From NCBI GenBank assembly GCA_013265495.1, contig MU061464.1:4923566-4987565 (forward strand): 64,000 nucleotides of DNA, written 5' to 3'. The position numbers and the translations under genes were made by a program. The notes under the pieces were generated by a model, which did not search any database, was not told the DNA's origin, and saw only the letters and a list, made by a program, of their open reading frames with translations. The DNA comes from Vicugna vicugna (Eukaryota). Positions 48,401 to 62,450 of this stretch are shown one piece after another. How positions within the stretch are numbered: the first letter of the stretch is position 1; every line of letters begins with the position of its first letter.

Positions 48401-49259
48401 ACGCTCATGTTCTTCTCACTTGCCTTCCCTATAATACATATTAAAAAAGAGTCATCTGAAAGCATAGAAAAATCTCAACAATGTATCTATAATCTCTTGA
48501 AAGACAGCAGTGCAAAAGGAAGTGATAATGGAATCTGAGCTGTAGTTTGGGAGTAACTGGGTGAGAATAATTGTTCTCCAAGAGTCACAAGTAGGAGTAA
48601 TTCTGAGTTCTTCTAACTGCATCCCCACGTGATCTTGCCTTTTCTCTCCTGTTGTTACAAGACATTCCATCAAAAAGCAGTAACTTTTTGGAGATGCAAT
48701 AACTATAATATTGCCTGCTCTAGATGCTAAGTAGAATTCTCAATGCAATGTTCAGAATGAGAATTGGTTACACATGTAAACGTTCTATGAGGCGTAAGAA
48801 ACCCCAAACCAAACATATGGCAAAACTTAACTGGAAAAAAAAAAACCTTCTATAGTGACAAAAGCAAAAAACATCAACCTCCATGAAAATTTAGAAACTT
48901 TACTCAAAATTGAAGTCATTTTGAATAGCAATAGAGAACACTTGGCACAGCTTCTAACCAGCTGGTAGGTGGAGTCCCCGGGGCTGCAGGGGTTAGCTGA
49001 GGTTTCTAGGGGAAAGGCCAACACGTGTATACAACCCAAAGCAGAGACAGCAAACTTACCTAAACCGTTTATTTGCACTGAATTGATTTTGAGTTTGTAT
49101 GGAACGATCAAATATACACGTATTATTAATTTGGCCTGAATATTACAGGTTAAAAATGGCTGTAAATGCCCTTCCATAAATGTACGTTTTCATTAAAGTA
49201 TTACTTGATAAGCCACTTTCAATTCTGACTTCCTCCCTTCATCCTTGTTATTTTTCCTT

Positions 49260-49460
49260 TTCCTCCTCCCTTTGAATTTGCCCCCAATACACCAGGAAGT
49301 AGGCTAGGAGCTAAGGATGCATAAAACAGGTTCCCTGCCCATAAGGAGTTTACCGTCTGGTAGCACAAAAAGGTTAAGTCAACAATTAAAAAGACACTGA
49401 GTTCTTTCAAAAAGATATTTATGTGGAAGTACAGAGAAAAGGCACCAACTCCGTCCTGAG
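49260..49460 (-). mobile_element. L2 fragment
   Basis: ggctaggagctaaggatgcataaaacaggttccctgcccataaggagtttaccgtctggtag. Confidence 0.6.
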
Positions 49461-49624
49461 GTGATAGAAACTCAAATATGAAGGATGACCAGGGGGGCTT
49501 GGGAGTGAGAGGAATAGCAGTTGGATGGACCAAGGTGTGCAAAGTGAGAGCAGCCCGGGAGAGCCCGGCCCAGGGGGCCTGATGTAGGAGGTGTCTAGGA
49601 AAGTAGAGGGTGACAGCACTACAC

Positions 49625-49842
49625 CAATGGTTCTCTGTGTGTGTGGGGGTGTCACCCACCCAAGGGTCATTCTGCAACGTCGGGAGACAGTTTTGATTGT
49701 CACAACCCGGTGCCACTGGTACTGGCATCCAGTGGGTAAAAGCCAGGAATGCTGCTAAACCTGCTCCGACACACACGACAGTCCCTGTCACATAGAGTTA
49801 CTGGGGCCACAAGGTCAGCAGTGCCGAGGCCGAGAAACCCTG
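49625..49842. mobile_element. MER20 hAT-Charlie element
   Basis: caatggttctc...ggagacagttttgattgtcacaac...tactggcatccagtgggtaaaagccaggaatgctgctaaac...cagtgccgaggccgagaaaccctg. Confidence 0.9.
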
Positions 49843-52800
49843 GACAAGGGAATGAGAGAGGCCATGATCCTCCTACCAGCATCTCTCAGTCTTTTGGAAT
49901 AGAAAGCCAGAAAAAAATAAAAAAAAATAAAAACCCTTTCCTACCACTGTTCCCCTCAGCACTTGGTGGGCAGAGATGCTGCTGCTTGAGTAGATAAACC
50001 AGTGATGAATGTGATTATCTCATTACACTGATGCCAGGGCCTATCAAGGGACATTTGGACTTTACAAAGATCCTGCCATAGACTTGCTATTTACGTGGGT
50101 AAAAATCTGTGATGACTGTAATATCTGTAATGGATCAAATCGGTGATTTCACCCTGAATCCAACAGATTGGTGGAACAGGGTTTTCAGAATTCTAAACAA
50201 ACAGTGCCGCTCTGCAGTGACGCAGAAAAAAGCCACCAGGCTCAGCGGGCCCTTTAGAGTTTATCCCTCAATCTTACCTTCTTTCCTAGCATTGGAATGT
50301 TTGAATTCTTTCTTCCTTTTTAAAAGACAGAAGAAAAAAGTCTTCTTTCTAGAAATAGAGGGAAAAAAATCATTTTGAGTCCCACAGTATTTAACTACTC
50401 TCCCCTCGCCAACCAGGCAAATCACTGTTTCTCTTGTAGGATTTTTGTCTGAAGTTATGATGCATGTTGAATGCACAGATGAGCAAATTCATTACATCGA
50501 AATAAGAATGAAAACCATTCTAATTACCATGGAGTTTTGTATCAGCCACCTAACCCTCAAGTGGTTTGGTTAACACGTAAAACCACTCCAAGCTTCTCTT
50601 AGTTACATGAGTTTATGTTACATTATGCATCCTCCAGAATTAAACTATGGGATGCATTATATGTCATATACAGCAAACATACTGTGTTTATTTATAGTCA
50701 CAAATCTCATACAGCAAAGAGAGTGGATCACCCCTTGTTACTGGAGTCTTTTCTATTCATTGTCGGGATTGACATTGAAACTCTGGGATATTTTAGGTCA
50801 CCTGAAATAATTCAGTGGCCTTCTCATTTGTACACATGCCCTCTCTCTGACTCAGCTATGGTTTCCTTCTTTCATATTGAAACTCAGGACAAAGTAAGAT
50901 TCGTACAATTACGCGTGCAGTTTCCGATATAATTTTCCTTTCTAGTGTAAGGAAAATCTTGTTCTTCCAAACCTTCTATGAGAATTGGTTAAATTTACCC
51001 CCAATTGTTGTTTGTGGTTTGCCGATTAGTTTTGCTAATGAATTAACTAGTGCAGCGGACCACTTGCAGAGCTGGTCCCGGTATAATGAATGTAATTATT
51101 TACCACTAAACCGGGACAGCGTCTTTCTTTTTCTGTGACAAGCATAATTCTTTATTCTCCCATTAGCCAGGTGTCCTGGTCTCTGCAAACTAGTTATTGA
51201 CCCGCTCATTTAAGGAGCTTCACTCTAAATGCTTCTTCCCTTACTTAACTCAAGTAAGCGCCTATAATTTCTCCTCGCCATACGAGGTTAGCATGTAAAG
51301 AGTTCATTGTTCATTTATTGTGAGTAAAGCAAGGCGTCAGGGAGCTATTCTTAGATAGATGCTCAGAATCCTGAGCCCTGCTTCCTTGTCCCTGGTTATA
51401 ACGGATACAAAACCGTATGGGGCTGAGCGAGCATCGTGTAAGCTCCATAGGAAATCTGAGGCAATGAATCATGGAGCCGGACTCCTGCTGGGGGCTGTGT
51501 GCCTGAACAGACTACAAATAGACAGAAAAGCAGCTTAAGCGAGTGGCTTTCATATGACGGGAATGCATATATTAGGCATCGGAGGAGACTATTTGGCTAA
51601 AGATGTTTATATATAAAGGACAATAATAATTCTCCTAGCCAGACGCCGAGAGAGCGAACTGTTAGTGCGGAACGCTGCCCCGTGGGCCCACGCTGACGTG
51701 TCTCAGCGCGTCTTCTGCCACCATTTAATATCCTTTTTTTCCAAAAAAATGTCACCCGGCATTGAATCACCGTGGCCATGATGTATTGTGTCAGGGCACA
51801 TGCAATGAGACATAGTGAGATGTGACTGGCGGAGCCCAAAGTAAAGATTAGGTGTCACAAATTAAAGGAAAAGCTGCTGCCATCATTCACGATTGAGCTT
51901 TCCCCTTTGAACCTGGGGAAAAATTAAAAGATGAAAACTACATAGGAAAGTAAGTTGTGTATATGACGTCTGGGGGATAGTGTTCCCTTTCCCCCATATT
52001 TTCTTCAGTAGCAAGTGCTGTATGTTACACTTGACCTCTATCTGTAGAAACGTAATCGTCCTGGTAAAAAAAAAAAAAAAAAAGTAAGCAATAAACACCC
52101 CTACCTTGGGGAACCCTTGTTAACATTTTTATTAAATTTTTATGTTTGAATAATGATACTTTAATGTATCTTTCTCTTGACTGCAATTCCCAGAGTCCTT
52201 TTAAGAGTAACTTGGCTTGACAGCCCAGGAATTTTGAGATAAAGAAAAGACAAATTAGGACCTGGTCTAGAGGGGGAAACAAGATTACACTGGAAAGTGT
52301 ACGGTGTGAAGAGAGCAGGGACAGAATCTATCGGTTTTCTTTCAGAACTGTTTATGTATATGTATGGTAAGTGAGAACAGTCCTGCAAACAGATACATAA
52401 ACATGTTTACGTTTGTCCCCACGCATGCTCCCTGGGCTTTCTAAGCTAACCGGAAGTGTATAAAGATGGATGGAAACCATCCGTTCCTTTCAGAATAACA
52501 AAGGTGACTCAAGCTGGGAATTTGCCCAATGAAGAAAACATCCAATTAGGAATATTGTCAAAGAAGAGGATACGCTAAATAAGGAAAGGAAAAACTTCCA
52601 GCAAATTACGGTGGAGGTGTTTTGAATCTTTTGCTAGAGCCCTTCTGTTGTGGGTTTGGTGAGCAGGTGGCGGCGTTACTGGGCGTTCTAAATAAAATAA
52701 CGCCTCCAGCAAGCACAAGTTAGGCAGCAGCCTCATCACGTTCTCGAGGCACGAAACTCAGGGATCGGAAATCAGAACTCCCTGCTCAAAGCATTTAAAA

Positions 52801-53269
52801 TAAGAATTTAAAGCTTTGGAAATAATGCACGTGCTTGAGGATAACTGTAACCACAAAAGGTAATATGAGTGGTGGTAGTGTAAACAGAACTTGTTGGGTC
52901 ACTGCTATCTTTGTGCCACAAACCCTTTGGCATAGAATATGTTCAACGAGTAAAATAGAATTTAAAGAAAAATAAAATAAACTCGAATTTTAAGTGAAGT
53001 TATACAGTTTATTAGCTGACTTGTACGGTTGCTTTGATAGTAAAAAGAAACAATGCAAGAAGTTAAGATTCGAAATTCTCAGATAAATGCTAAATGCATT
53101 TTCACTATGTTTTGAATATCATTTAATACATAAACATTTTTAATTGAGATGTCACCGAATGTTTGTTTTTCTCCCTTCGTGGCTTACACATTTATGCTTT
53201 CCCTGAACTTCATTAAGATCTTTTCTTGTATGATCTTCTTTTTAAAATTATGTTTTTCACTTTTAGATC

Positions 53270-56200
53270 TTAAATTCACTTGGAATTAATTTTTTAAGTT
53301 TATGTGAGGTAGGGATATAATGAATACGAAATCATTTGTCCTAACTATTTTAAGTTTTCCCTTCTGCTGTGCAGCACCACATCTAGAATACAGTTATTTG
53401 CTATTACTACATTATTATTATAGTAATTTGCAGAGCTTGTTTTTAAGTAATCTGTTCTGTTTCAGAAATAATTTTCTACACCAATACCAAGGTATAATTA
53501 CAGTTTTATGGTAACACTTCTGGAAGCCTAAGATGGCAAATCTTCCCGCCTCGTTCTTCCTCAAAATCTTCTTTCTTGGCCAATATTGGCCTTTGCATTT
53601 CATAAGAATTTTAGGATAGACATATTAAATTCCATGAAAAATCTTGTTCTTTAAATCAGATTTGCATTTAATTAATGTATCAATTCAGCAAAACTAAATG
53701 TTTTAATATTATTGAGTCTGTCCACCCATGAACACATTACATTTCTTCATTTGTTTGGTCCTCACTGTGTCTCCCAATGTAGTTTTATTATTTTCCACAT
53801 CAAAGGAGAGCCTTCTTTATGAAATGTATTGCTGTGCTCATTCCAGGCTTTGTGCTCCTTCTAAATACAAATTTTGACATTACAGTTTCTAATTCATTTT
53901 TGTATAGTGAATTTGGATCAAGAATATTTGCTTAATGCTTTTATTGATTCTAATAGTTCATCTGTAAATTTTCTTGGATTTCCTATGTAGACAGTCATAT
54001 TGTCTCTGAAAAGTGAGATTTTTATTTCCTTTTTTCTATACAAATACATTTTATTTCTTTTTCTTATTTATTTGTATTAGCTAGGCCCTTTACTATGAAT
54101 TAGAAGCAATGATAGTGAGCACCCTTGTCTTAATCATCACTTAGGAAATAAAATCATCTAATATTTCAACATTAGGTATAATATTTACTATAGTTTAGTG
54201 AATATCATTTTGTTAGGTTATGGAATTTTCCTTCTATTCATATTTTGAATATAGTTTTATGTTATCATTAACGTATGTTGGATTTTTCCGTATCTATTCA
54301 CACGGTTATGTTTCTTTTATCTTAAGTTTATCATGAGAAATTACAATAATGTGTATTGTCAAGTATTAAAACTTGGGTACACCCAACTCAATGGCAGTCT
54401 AAGTTTTTTCCTCTAATAGCATTTTTAAAATAGCTGAGAAATTTTGTCTCTTTTTCTATTTTTTGGAATATTTTACATAAAATTGGGAATACCCATATTT
54501 AAAGAATTAGTAGAATTATTTTAACTGCCTAGGTATGTTATTTGGGAGTATATGGACAGGATATATTTTTAAATAGTGATTAAACATGCATAATAATTGC
54601 AAGTCTAATCATAGCTTTAATTTATTTGTGGGTAAGCCTGACAAGTTATATTCTTTTGGTAAATTATTTTTGCAAGCCTTGAAACTTATTAACTTATAAG
54701 TGAATTTATAAGAATTCCAAATTTAAAGTTTTCATAGCATTATTATATTATAGTTTTTTTTTTAACTTCATCTGTAGTTAAGTTTTCTTTGTCATTTCTA
54801 GTGTTGTTTTTCCTGTCTTTTCTTTTTCTTTTTACCTTTAGTCAATTTTATTAGTCTTGGAACCACAAGAATTTAACTTATTTTAAGGTTTTATTTTCCA
54901 CAGAACTAATTTTATTTTTGTTTTTGTTTAAGCCCTTAAAATGTTTATTATTTGGGATTGTACAGGCTCCTTAAACCAGCCGTAATGCCTTTACCTTACA
55001 AATAATAGACATTACAAACATTTTGGATTGTTTCTGCTCAATAATTTTTAAAGCACATTTTTACATGGCTAGGGTAATACTGAAAATAAACCTTTGTATC
55101 CTGCTCTTCAGAGTTTAAAAAATAACATCTTGTTCTGACTATAAAGCAAACACATGCTCATTATAGAAATTTTTGGAAAAACTAGAAAAATATAAAGCAG
55201 GAAATAAAAGAATCACTAGTAATGTTGTTACCTCAAATAAGCACTAGTAATATTTTGGTGATCTTCCCTTCTGGTTTTTGTTTCTTTTTCCTGGTCCTTA
55301 TCAAACCTGTAGATTCACTAGAGTGGGCTGGGGCCATTCCTTAAATGTCCAATTACCATTTAACCAAGATTTGAGTTTAAGACTCCTGGAAAAGTCAAGT
55401 AGTTTAATAAAAATTGAATGAATTTCTTTCCCAGTTGACGTTTTTTATTGTGACCCTTGGATGTGGAGAATAAGTACAGTATTATCTAAGGAAAAAAGTA
55501 TTTAAAATACTTTGTCCCTTCTCTATTTTTTTTTGTGTGTTTTTCTTTCTCAATAGTTTCTACTCATATTTATTATTCTCTTTACTATACTTTCTTGGTT
55601 TAACTTATGTTTTTTAAATTTTTTAAACTGGTTGCTCAACTCTGATTTTAAATCTTTCTTTTTCTTTTCTAACAAACATTTAAAGATAAAAATCTCTCTC
55701 TAAGTCACTTTATTTAGTAATAGTCCACAAGTCTGATATCTAATCTTCTCATTTTCAATCAATTTTAAAAGATAAATATTTATTATAATTTTTGGACCCA
55801 TGTGTTACTCAGATGCTTGTGTTTGAATTTCCATGGGGATTGTTTCCATAATAATTGTTACTGATTTCAGTGATGATGCAATGATTCAATTGCATTTTAG
55901 AGAACACGACCTACATCTCATTCATTGTCTGCTGTCTGTGAGACTTGCCTTGAACATACGTCATATTTCATAGAGGTCCTATTTGTGCTTGAGAATAATA
56001 CTTCGGGTTTTATATAAAATCTATTAGAATAAGCTTGATAACTAGACTGGTCAGATCGTCTATACACTTACAGATATATTTTCTGTGAAATTGACCAGTT
56101 ATGGACAGTGTTTTGTGCAACTTAGCCAATATGATTTTAGACTAATCAATTAATCCTTGTAATTCTATCAAATTGTTTCCTAATATATTTTGAAGCTATC

Positions 56201-58300
56201 TTATTGGGTACTGAAAAGCTCAGAATTTTTGTATTTCCTTGGTGAACTGTTCCTTCTTCATTGTGGTGTGACCCATCCTATGCCTAATAATGTCTTCATC
56301 TCTACGTGATATTAATAGAGCTGCCTCAGCTTCTATTTTCATTCGAATTTACTTGTTGCATTTTTTCCCTTCTCTTTACTTTGAACTTTTTATGCCTGTG
56401 TGTTTTAGGTGTGCCTGATGCAAATAACAAGATTTTGGGGGACCCACCTGAAAAATCTCTCACTTTTAACTGTTAAATTCAGTTTGTTTATAGTACTTGT
56501 CTATCGGCATGTTTATACACATGTCTCTATCATCTTGTGTTTGCTTATTTATCATATCTTTTGAGAGGACGGGGTCACTTTCTTCTTTCCTGGATTCTAG
56601 CTGCTGTAGATCTGTGCTTTTACCTTCCTCCTCTACTGAGTTAGAAGTTACACATTTTATTTCTGTGCTTTCCGTAGTTAGCCTTCAAATTTTAACATAC
56701 CTTAATGAATAACTTTTCTAAATTTAATCATAATCTTTATTTACTCTCAAACAATGCAAAGTCTTAATGCATTAACTCAGAACTCCTTCAGGTTTGCACG
56801 TATTGCTGGATGATTTTATTTCCACGATGAGCGGTCATTGTAATTACCTTACGCCGTCAGTAGCTAACCGGATGCGCCTGTGTTTTACCAGTTTTTCTGC
56901 CTACTATTCTTTCCTATATCTCACTCCTTTGTATCATTAAAGTTCCTTCTTCCCGTTTCTTATGTCTCACTCCTTCCTTTTCAGTTACTTCTTCCTGAAG
57001 CGCTTCTTTTAGAAGCCCTTTCTGTGAGGGTCTACGAGTGGGACATTGCCTAACGATCTTCGTCAGACAGTATTTTATGTTACAGAAACTTTTTACATCA
57101 AGTTTACAGTGACGGCTAGTTTTCTCTCAAAATTTTAAAGTTAGTATTCTGACATCTTTTGACCATAACTATTGCTTTATATTTGGGATATTGCAGTTTT
57201 ACTATAATGTGTATCTATAAATTGATTTATTCACTGTATAATTTATTATTTTATTTACCTCTACTCTGATATTTATTATATTAGAACTATATTAAATTAA
57301 AAGCAAAAATATAGTTGTTTCTGTGGGGAAAAAAATCACTATAGGACGTTCATCATTACATTTTATTATATCTGGGAAATTCTCAGCTACTACCTCTAGC
57401 GGCAGGCTCAGTGATGGCCCCCAGAGGGACCCACACCCCAGTGCCCAGAGCCTGTAAATGCTACTGTCTGACGAAGGGGATTCTCATCAGCTCCGATCTA
57501 TTTTTCCATCTCTCTGCTCTCCTCAGCAACGTGCAAAATGCTCTTTAGCTCTCCCACTCAGTTTTTAATTTCACTGACTATATTTTTTCTTAACGCTCTT
57601 TTTGAATCTTTTTCCTATCTTCTTTCTTTTTATTTTTATAGCATTTAATTGTATTTTTAAGTTTATAAGTCCTTCTACATTTTAATAAATTTGAACATAC
57701 TTACAATTTCTTAGTTCTGCATCTGAGGTTCAGAAGCATTTAATACTAGCATTTGATACACCTGCTATTTGCTTATAACATTGAATTGTGAGGTTATATT
57801 CAGATGGACTTTATCTGTGGAAATTCTGTGTTTGGCCCAGTTGGAATATATACCCTTCAAAAGTAGATTTGAATGTGTATATTATAGATAACACAGAGGT
57901 TTAATCAGTATGAAAATAATTTTTGAATTCCTTTTTTTTCCCCTAGTTTAGGGATTCCTAAGCTCTCAAATATAGTCTAAATTCAACTCCAAACCTTAAA
58001 GAGGGCTAAGTCCACAGGCAAAAATCTCAGAGCAGACTTTTTTTCCTACCCAGATCCCAGGTCAAAATGGGCAAGTTTCAAGTTTCCTTATATACCTACT
58101 GTGCTGTTGGATTTCCCTCTCCACCCCACATTTTCTCTATTTTTAAAATTATTAAAATATCCTTACAAGACCCTAATTTTATTTTATTTTATTATTTTTG
58201 GTGTCAGGTCCCACTCTCCACCTTAAATAGGTCCATAATCTGGGCTCCTATTTCCACTCAGATGCTAATCCAAGAATGTGTAGATTACCTGATAGAAAGA
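53270..58300 (-). mobile_element. Long fragmented old L1M relic (ORF2 towards ORF1/5' region)
   Basis: About 5 kb of very T-rich sequence with antisense L1 motifs (ggcctttgcatttcataagaattttagg; cttggatttcctatgtagacagtcatattgtctctgaaaagt; tctgggaaattctcagctact). Interrupted. Confidence 0.75.
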
Positions 58301-59049
58301 TTCTTTTAGTGTGGCTTCAACATTAGCTCATTTATTTTCAAGTCTGGTTTTTTGTTTGTTTGTTTGTTTGTTTCTTCATTTCTTGTCTATAGAGATTTTT
58401 CCCAGATTTCTTAAGAATTCAGCTTTTACAAGGATGACTGTTATATTTTATCACACATTTGTGGAATTTGGTAATAAAGAATTTTACATTATTTTGTTTA
58501 CAATTTTGCTGGAATGGAAAGTCCAGTAGCGACTTTTTAAGGTAATATTTTAAACCAAACCCATCCTTACCTGCACTGAAAGTATTCAGGCAGAGCTGGA
58601 TGTGTCCTTGATGCAGGTGCTCTAAGGGTTTCTGCTTTGAGGGGAAGTTGGAAGAGATTTGCAAGATTTCCTAAGTCTGCCATTTGTTTTTTCAGATTCT
58701 ATCAGTAATCCTGAAATTTCAGTTTGCTTTTATTAATGTTATTGATTTAATTAATTAAAAGACTACTTTTGTTTAATGAAGAAATACCTATTAACTATGG
58801 TTTTCCTCTCACAGTGTTGTTTATATGTTAATAACCATAAGTCTCTTATTTTAGAAATAATAATCTGAAACCAAAAGTAGCCCATGGATTGAATATAAAT
58901 TGGATATGATTGTAATACATTTAGTGAGACTTGATTCAGCCTCTGAGCTACATAAGCTTTTTTTCTTTTTCTTCTGTTATTTTTGTTCATTTATTCCTAA
59001 TAAAGGGTTAGGATGTTGATTATAATCCGTGAGGATATTAAAGGAAAAA

Positions 59050-59300
59050 ATGATAATTATCATATATTTGCTAGTATTTATTAAGTGATTACCCTGGCCA
59101 GACATTGTGGTAAATGTTCCATATATTATCTAATTGAATCATAGAATAACCCCATAATACTAATATAATTTTACCTGTTTTTTTTAGGTAAGAAAACTAC
59201 AGCTTTGCAACTTGCCCAAGGTCACACCGTAGGTATGCAATGGATCCAGGATCTGAATACAGGGTTATTTGACTTTAAAACATGTGCCTTTAGTCCTCTG
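59050..59300 (-). mobile_element. MIR SINE
   Basis: ggtaagaaaactacagctttgcaacttgcccaaggtcacaccgtagg...gatctgaatacagggttatttgact. Confidence 0.75.
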
Positions 59301-59371
59301 GGAGCATATAGCCTACAGACTAAAGATATATAAAAAAAACAGTAATAATTTCTAGCTAGTATATAATAGTG

Positions 59372-59920
59372 TGTAGTAAAAAAAAATTAACATTGTCTAA
59401 AAAGAAGTCTAGTTTTTGTACTTAGCTTCGGAGAGGTAATCTCTTAGTCTCTGGAATGTCGTATCTGGTAGGGTGTCTTCGTTTGCCTGAGGTCATGCTG
59501 CATAGCTCAGCAAAATCATTTCGGGTGGGGGCTTTGGGTCACAGGGTATCAGTCACGTGAGGACTGAGATCCACCATGTTGCTGATCAGTCAATCAATCA
59601 TGCCTAAGTGATGGACCCCAATAAAAACCCTGGACCCTGGTTTCAGGGGAGCCTCCTGGGGTGGCATTATTCCATGCATATTGATCATACATGGATGCCG
59701 GAAAGTAACACTCCCTGACTCCATGGGGAGAGGACAAAGGAAGCTCTGACTTTAACACTTTCCTAAACTCTGCCCTGTGCTCCTTTTCCTTTGGCTGATT
59801 CTAAGCTGGATCCTTTTTCTGTAATAAACCATAATGACAAGTGGAGCAGATCTCACTGCGTTCTGTGAATACTCCTGGGGAAGTACTGGAAGTAAGGATG
59901 GTTTGGGGAATCCTTAGAAC
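59372..59920 (+). mobile_element. MER21-like LTR
   Basis: tgtagtaaaaaaaaaattaac start, gaggtaatctcttagtctctggaatgtc, ccaataaaaaccctggac and tgactccatggggagaggacaaaggaagctc. Confidence 0.8.
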
Positions 59921-61329
59921 CTATGGTTATTGTCAGAAGTGAAGTGAAGGGGAGAGGAAGTGGACTTTACCTCTTGATGGAAGGCATGTCAAACCTACTG
60001 GGAAAGGACTCAGAGACAGCAAAGAGTTGTGTCCAGTTTTGCAACCTACTACAAGGGTGGAGATGAGGAAATGAAAACAGACAAATACTGCCTACCCTTG
60101 TCAATTAAGTGTTGATGAGAACACAGTGCAGAATCTGATGGGAAAGGAGGCAAGTGGCAGGGCTTTTATTTCATAAGTAGGAAAATAAAGTTTTTAAGTT
60201 CTAAATCTTGAAGACTGTTGCATCTCCATGCTTATCATTCGCACCCATCTTGCTTTCAGCTACAAGTCACCGCAAACGCCATCCCTCTCCAAAGTCTGGA
60301 AATGCCTGAACATGAATACTGATTGGAAGACATAAATCAGAGTGAGACATTTTATCTGATCTGGTAGGACTTATTTCTGTTAAATACCATTTTCCAATTA
60401 GCCACTGGAGTAATCTTTCAAAATTGCCTTTTCTACTGTGTTGATTTAGGTCCTTAAGAAACACAGTCACCAAAAAAGAGTTGCAAGCGCAAGAAAATTA
60501 TTAAGGAAACATTAAACTTAGGGTTTTCTACATATAATTTAATAAATTATCACAAGTAGATAAACAGTGTCTTATCAGCCTTGAGCAACATTTCCATTCC
60601 ATTTGATCTTGGTAGACATTTAAACTAGCTGTTGGCACAAAAATCAGCTGCTCTCAGTTTTGATTTTTGAAAGCACCACACTGTAAACTGGCCAGTGATG
60701 CAGCGTGGAGTCCTCCAGCAACAGGAACCCAGCTCCTCCTTCATACCGCTAGTTGAGATTCACGTACAGGGCTTTGTTTATGATGTCATTATAAAGCAAC
60801 ATTTTCTGGGAAGAGAACTTAATGATACTTGTTGAGATATAAATTTAATAGCACTTAGTGAAAAATGAGAAATCTGTGTCATCAAGAGGATGCGCTCCCT
60901 CACGTGCGCCAACGCCATGTTTCTAGTAACAACAGCAGCGATAATAACAAGGACGGATAAGCAGTCACACGCATTGTAAGTGAACACGATGTGCGTCGCT
61001 CCAGGACTCATCAAGTGGAAGGGAGGGCTGGTCTCTGCAGGCTGTAAGATGATCATTCATTTTTAATAGCGTTAATGTTTATTAGTGACAGATGATTGGC
61101 TTTAAATGTCTGATGAATAATAAATAAACCAGGTGGGTGTCTGGCGTCTGCCACAAATGTGTATTCAAGGCCCCTGGATGCTGCCCTTGACTTGGCTTTG
61201 GAGACCCTGCATACGCACAGGATAGAAGAACGTGCCTCCAGGAGTTGGGGCCGGCTTCTCATATGTTAGCACTGGAAACAGTGGGGGAATTCTTGGCACT
61301 TCCTCAAGCCTCTGAGATTCTACCGAAGT

Positions 61330-61624
61330 NNNNNNNNNNNNNNNNNNNNNNNNNNNNNNNNNNNNNNNNNNNNNNNNNNNNNNNNNNNNNNNNNNNNNNN
61401 NNNNNNNNNNNNNNNNNNNNNNNNNNNNNNNNNNNNNNNNNNNNNNNNNNNNNNNNNNNNNATCACAGCTAGAGCGGTTCTNNNNNNNNNNNNNNNNNNN
61501 NNNNNNNNNNNNNNNNNNNNNNNNNNNNNNNNNNNNNNNNNNNNNNNNNNNNNNNNNNNNNNNNNNNNNNNNNNNNNNNNNNNNNNNNNNNNNNNNNNNN
61601 NNNNNNNNNNNNNNNNNNNNNNNN
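61330..61624. other. Two assembly gaps (132 N and 143 N) around a 20-bp island (61462-61481)
   Basis: Runs of N with atcacagctagagcggttct between them. Confidence 0.99.
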
Positions 61625-61969
61625 GGAGGAAGGTTCAACATTTCCAAAGAACTTGTTCTTCTGAAGCACTGCAGCGCCAATAAAGGCCAAATTATAGCTC
61701 AGAAATAATTGGCAGTAAGTACTGATAGGTTACCTGTACATGTTTATATAGGAACGGGCACATTCAATTTGAGATTTACTAGCAAACGCACTGTTACTGC
61801 TATACTCTGGAATGAAATGTGTAATTATACTATTTAAATAGCTGGAACAGCTGCCATTACTGTGGACTGTGTAAACAGTGTTTTCCACGCCGAAATTGAA
61901 TGTTTAGAATCCGGGCCCTTATTTTCAGCAGCTCTTGTTTAGTGTCTGAAATACAAACAAGAGGTCTAG

Positions 61970-62450
61970 CTCCGGCCCGGTTCCCCGATATCAGCAGGGC
62001 GCTCGCGAGAAGAGGCAGTCACAAAATCAAAGTGAGATGCAGTTTCAAAACCTGAAGCAGGACCACAGCGTTGCTCAGAATGAGCCACAAAGCAGAGAAC
62101 ACAGCACTCGCATCGGGCGCTGGGCACACCGCGGTTCGTCCCCGCAGGCCGAAGCCGGTGGGGGGAGGCGCTCTGTCTCTCTCGTTTACGCCTGCTGGCT
62201 AAACGGAAAAGAACTCAGCTTCACCGCCCCTCCGGGTGTGGCTGGGGAGACACCATGACGCTGTGAGGTCCCTGAACTTCTCAGTCGGCCGTCTGGAGAA
62301 CGTTCTCCAGGCCACGGGCAAGCTCCGCTGGTTCGCAGACCTCGCTGCCCCGCGCGCCGTCGGGCGGGAGCCGCCCCGCGAGCCGGGCGGGGCCGGGCGG
62401 GAGCGGCGGAAGGACGGCGCCGCCGCCGCGGTTGGGCCGCAGGCGCACTA
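61970..62450. promoter_or_regulatory. CpG island / probable promoter
   Basis: Very GC- and CpG-rich core at 62340-62445 with multiple GC boxes (gggcgg, gggcgggg) and a (gcc)n tract. Confidence 0.75.

Noticed and set aside
62225-62256. Minus-strand ATG in good Kozak context (MVSPQPHPEG) before CG|GTGAAG
   Set aside because: The donor is weak, and the nearby acceptors (near 61810 and 61668) give early stops in the required phase. At most a uORF.
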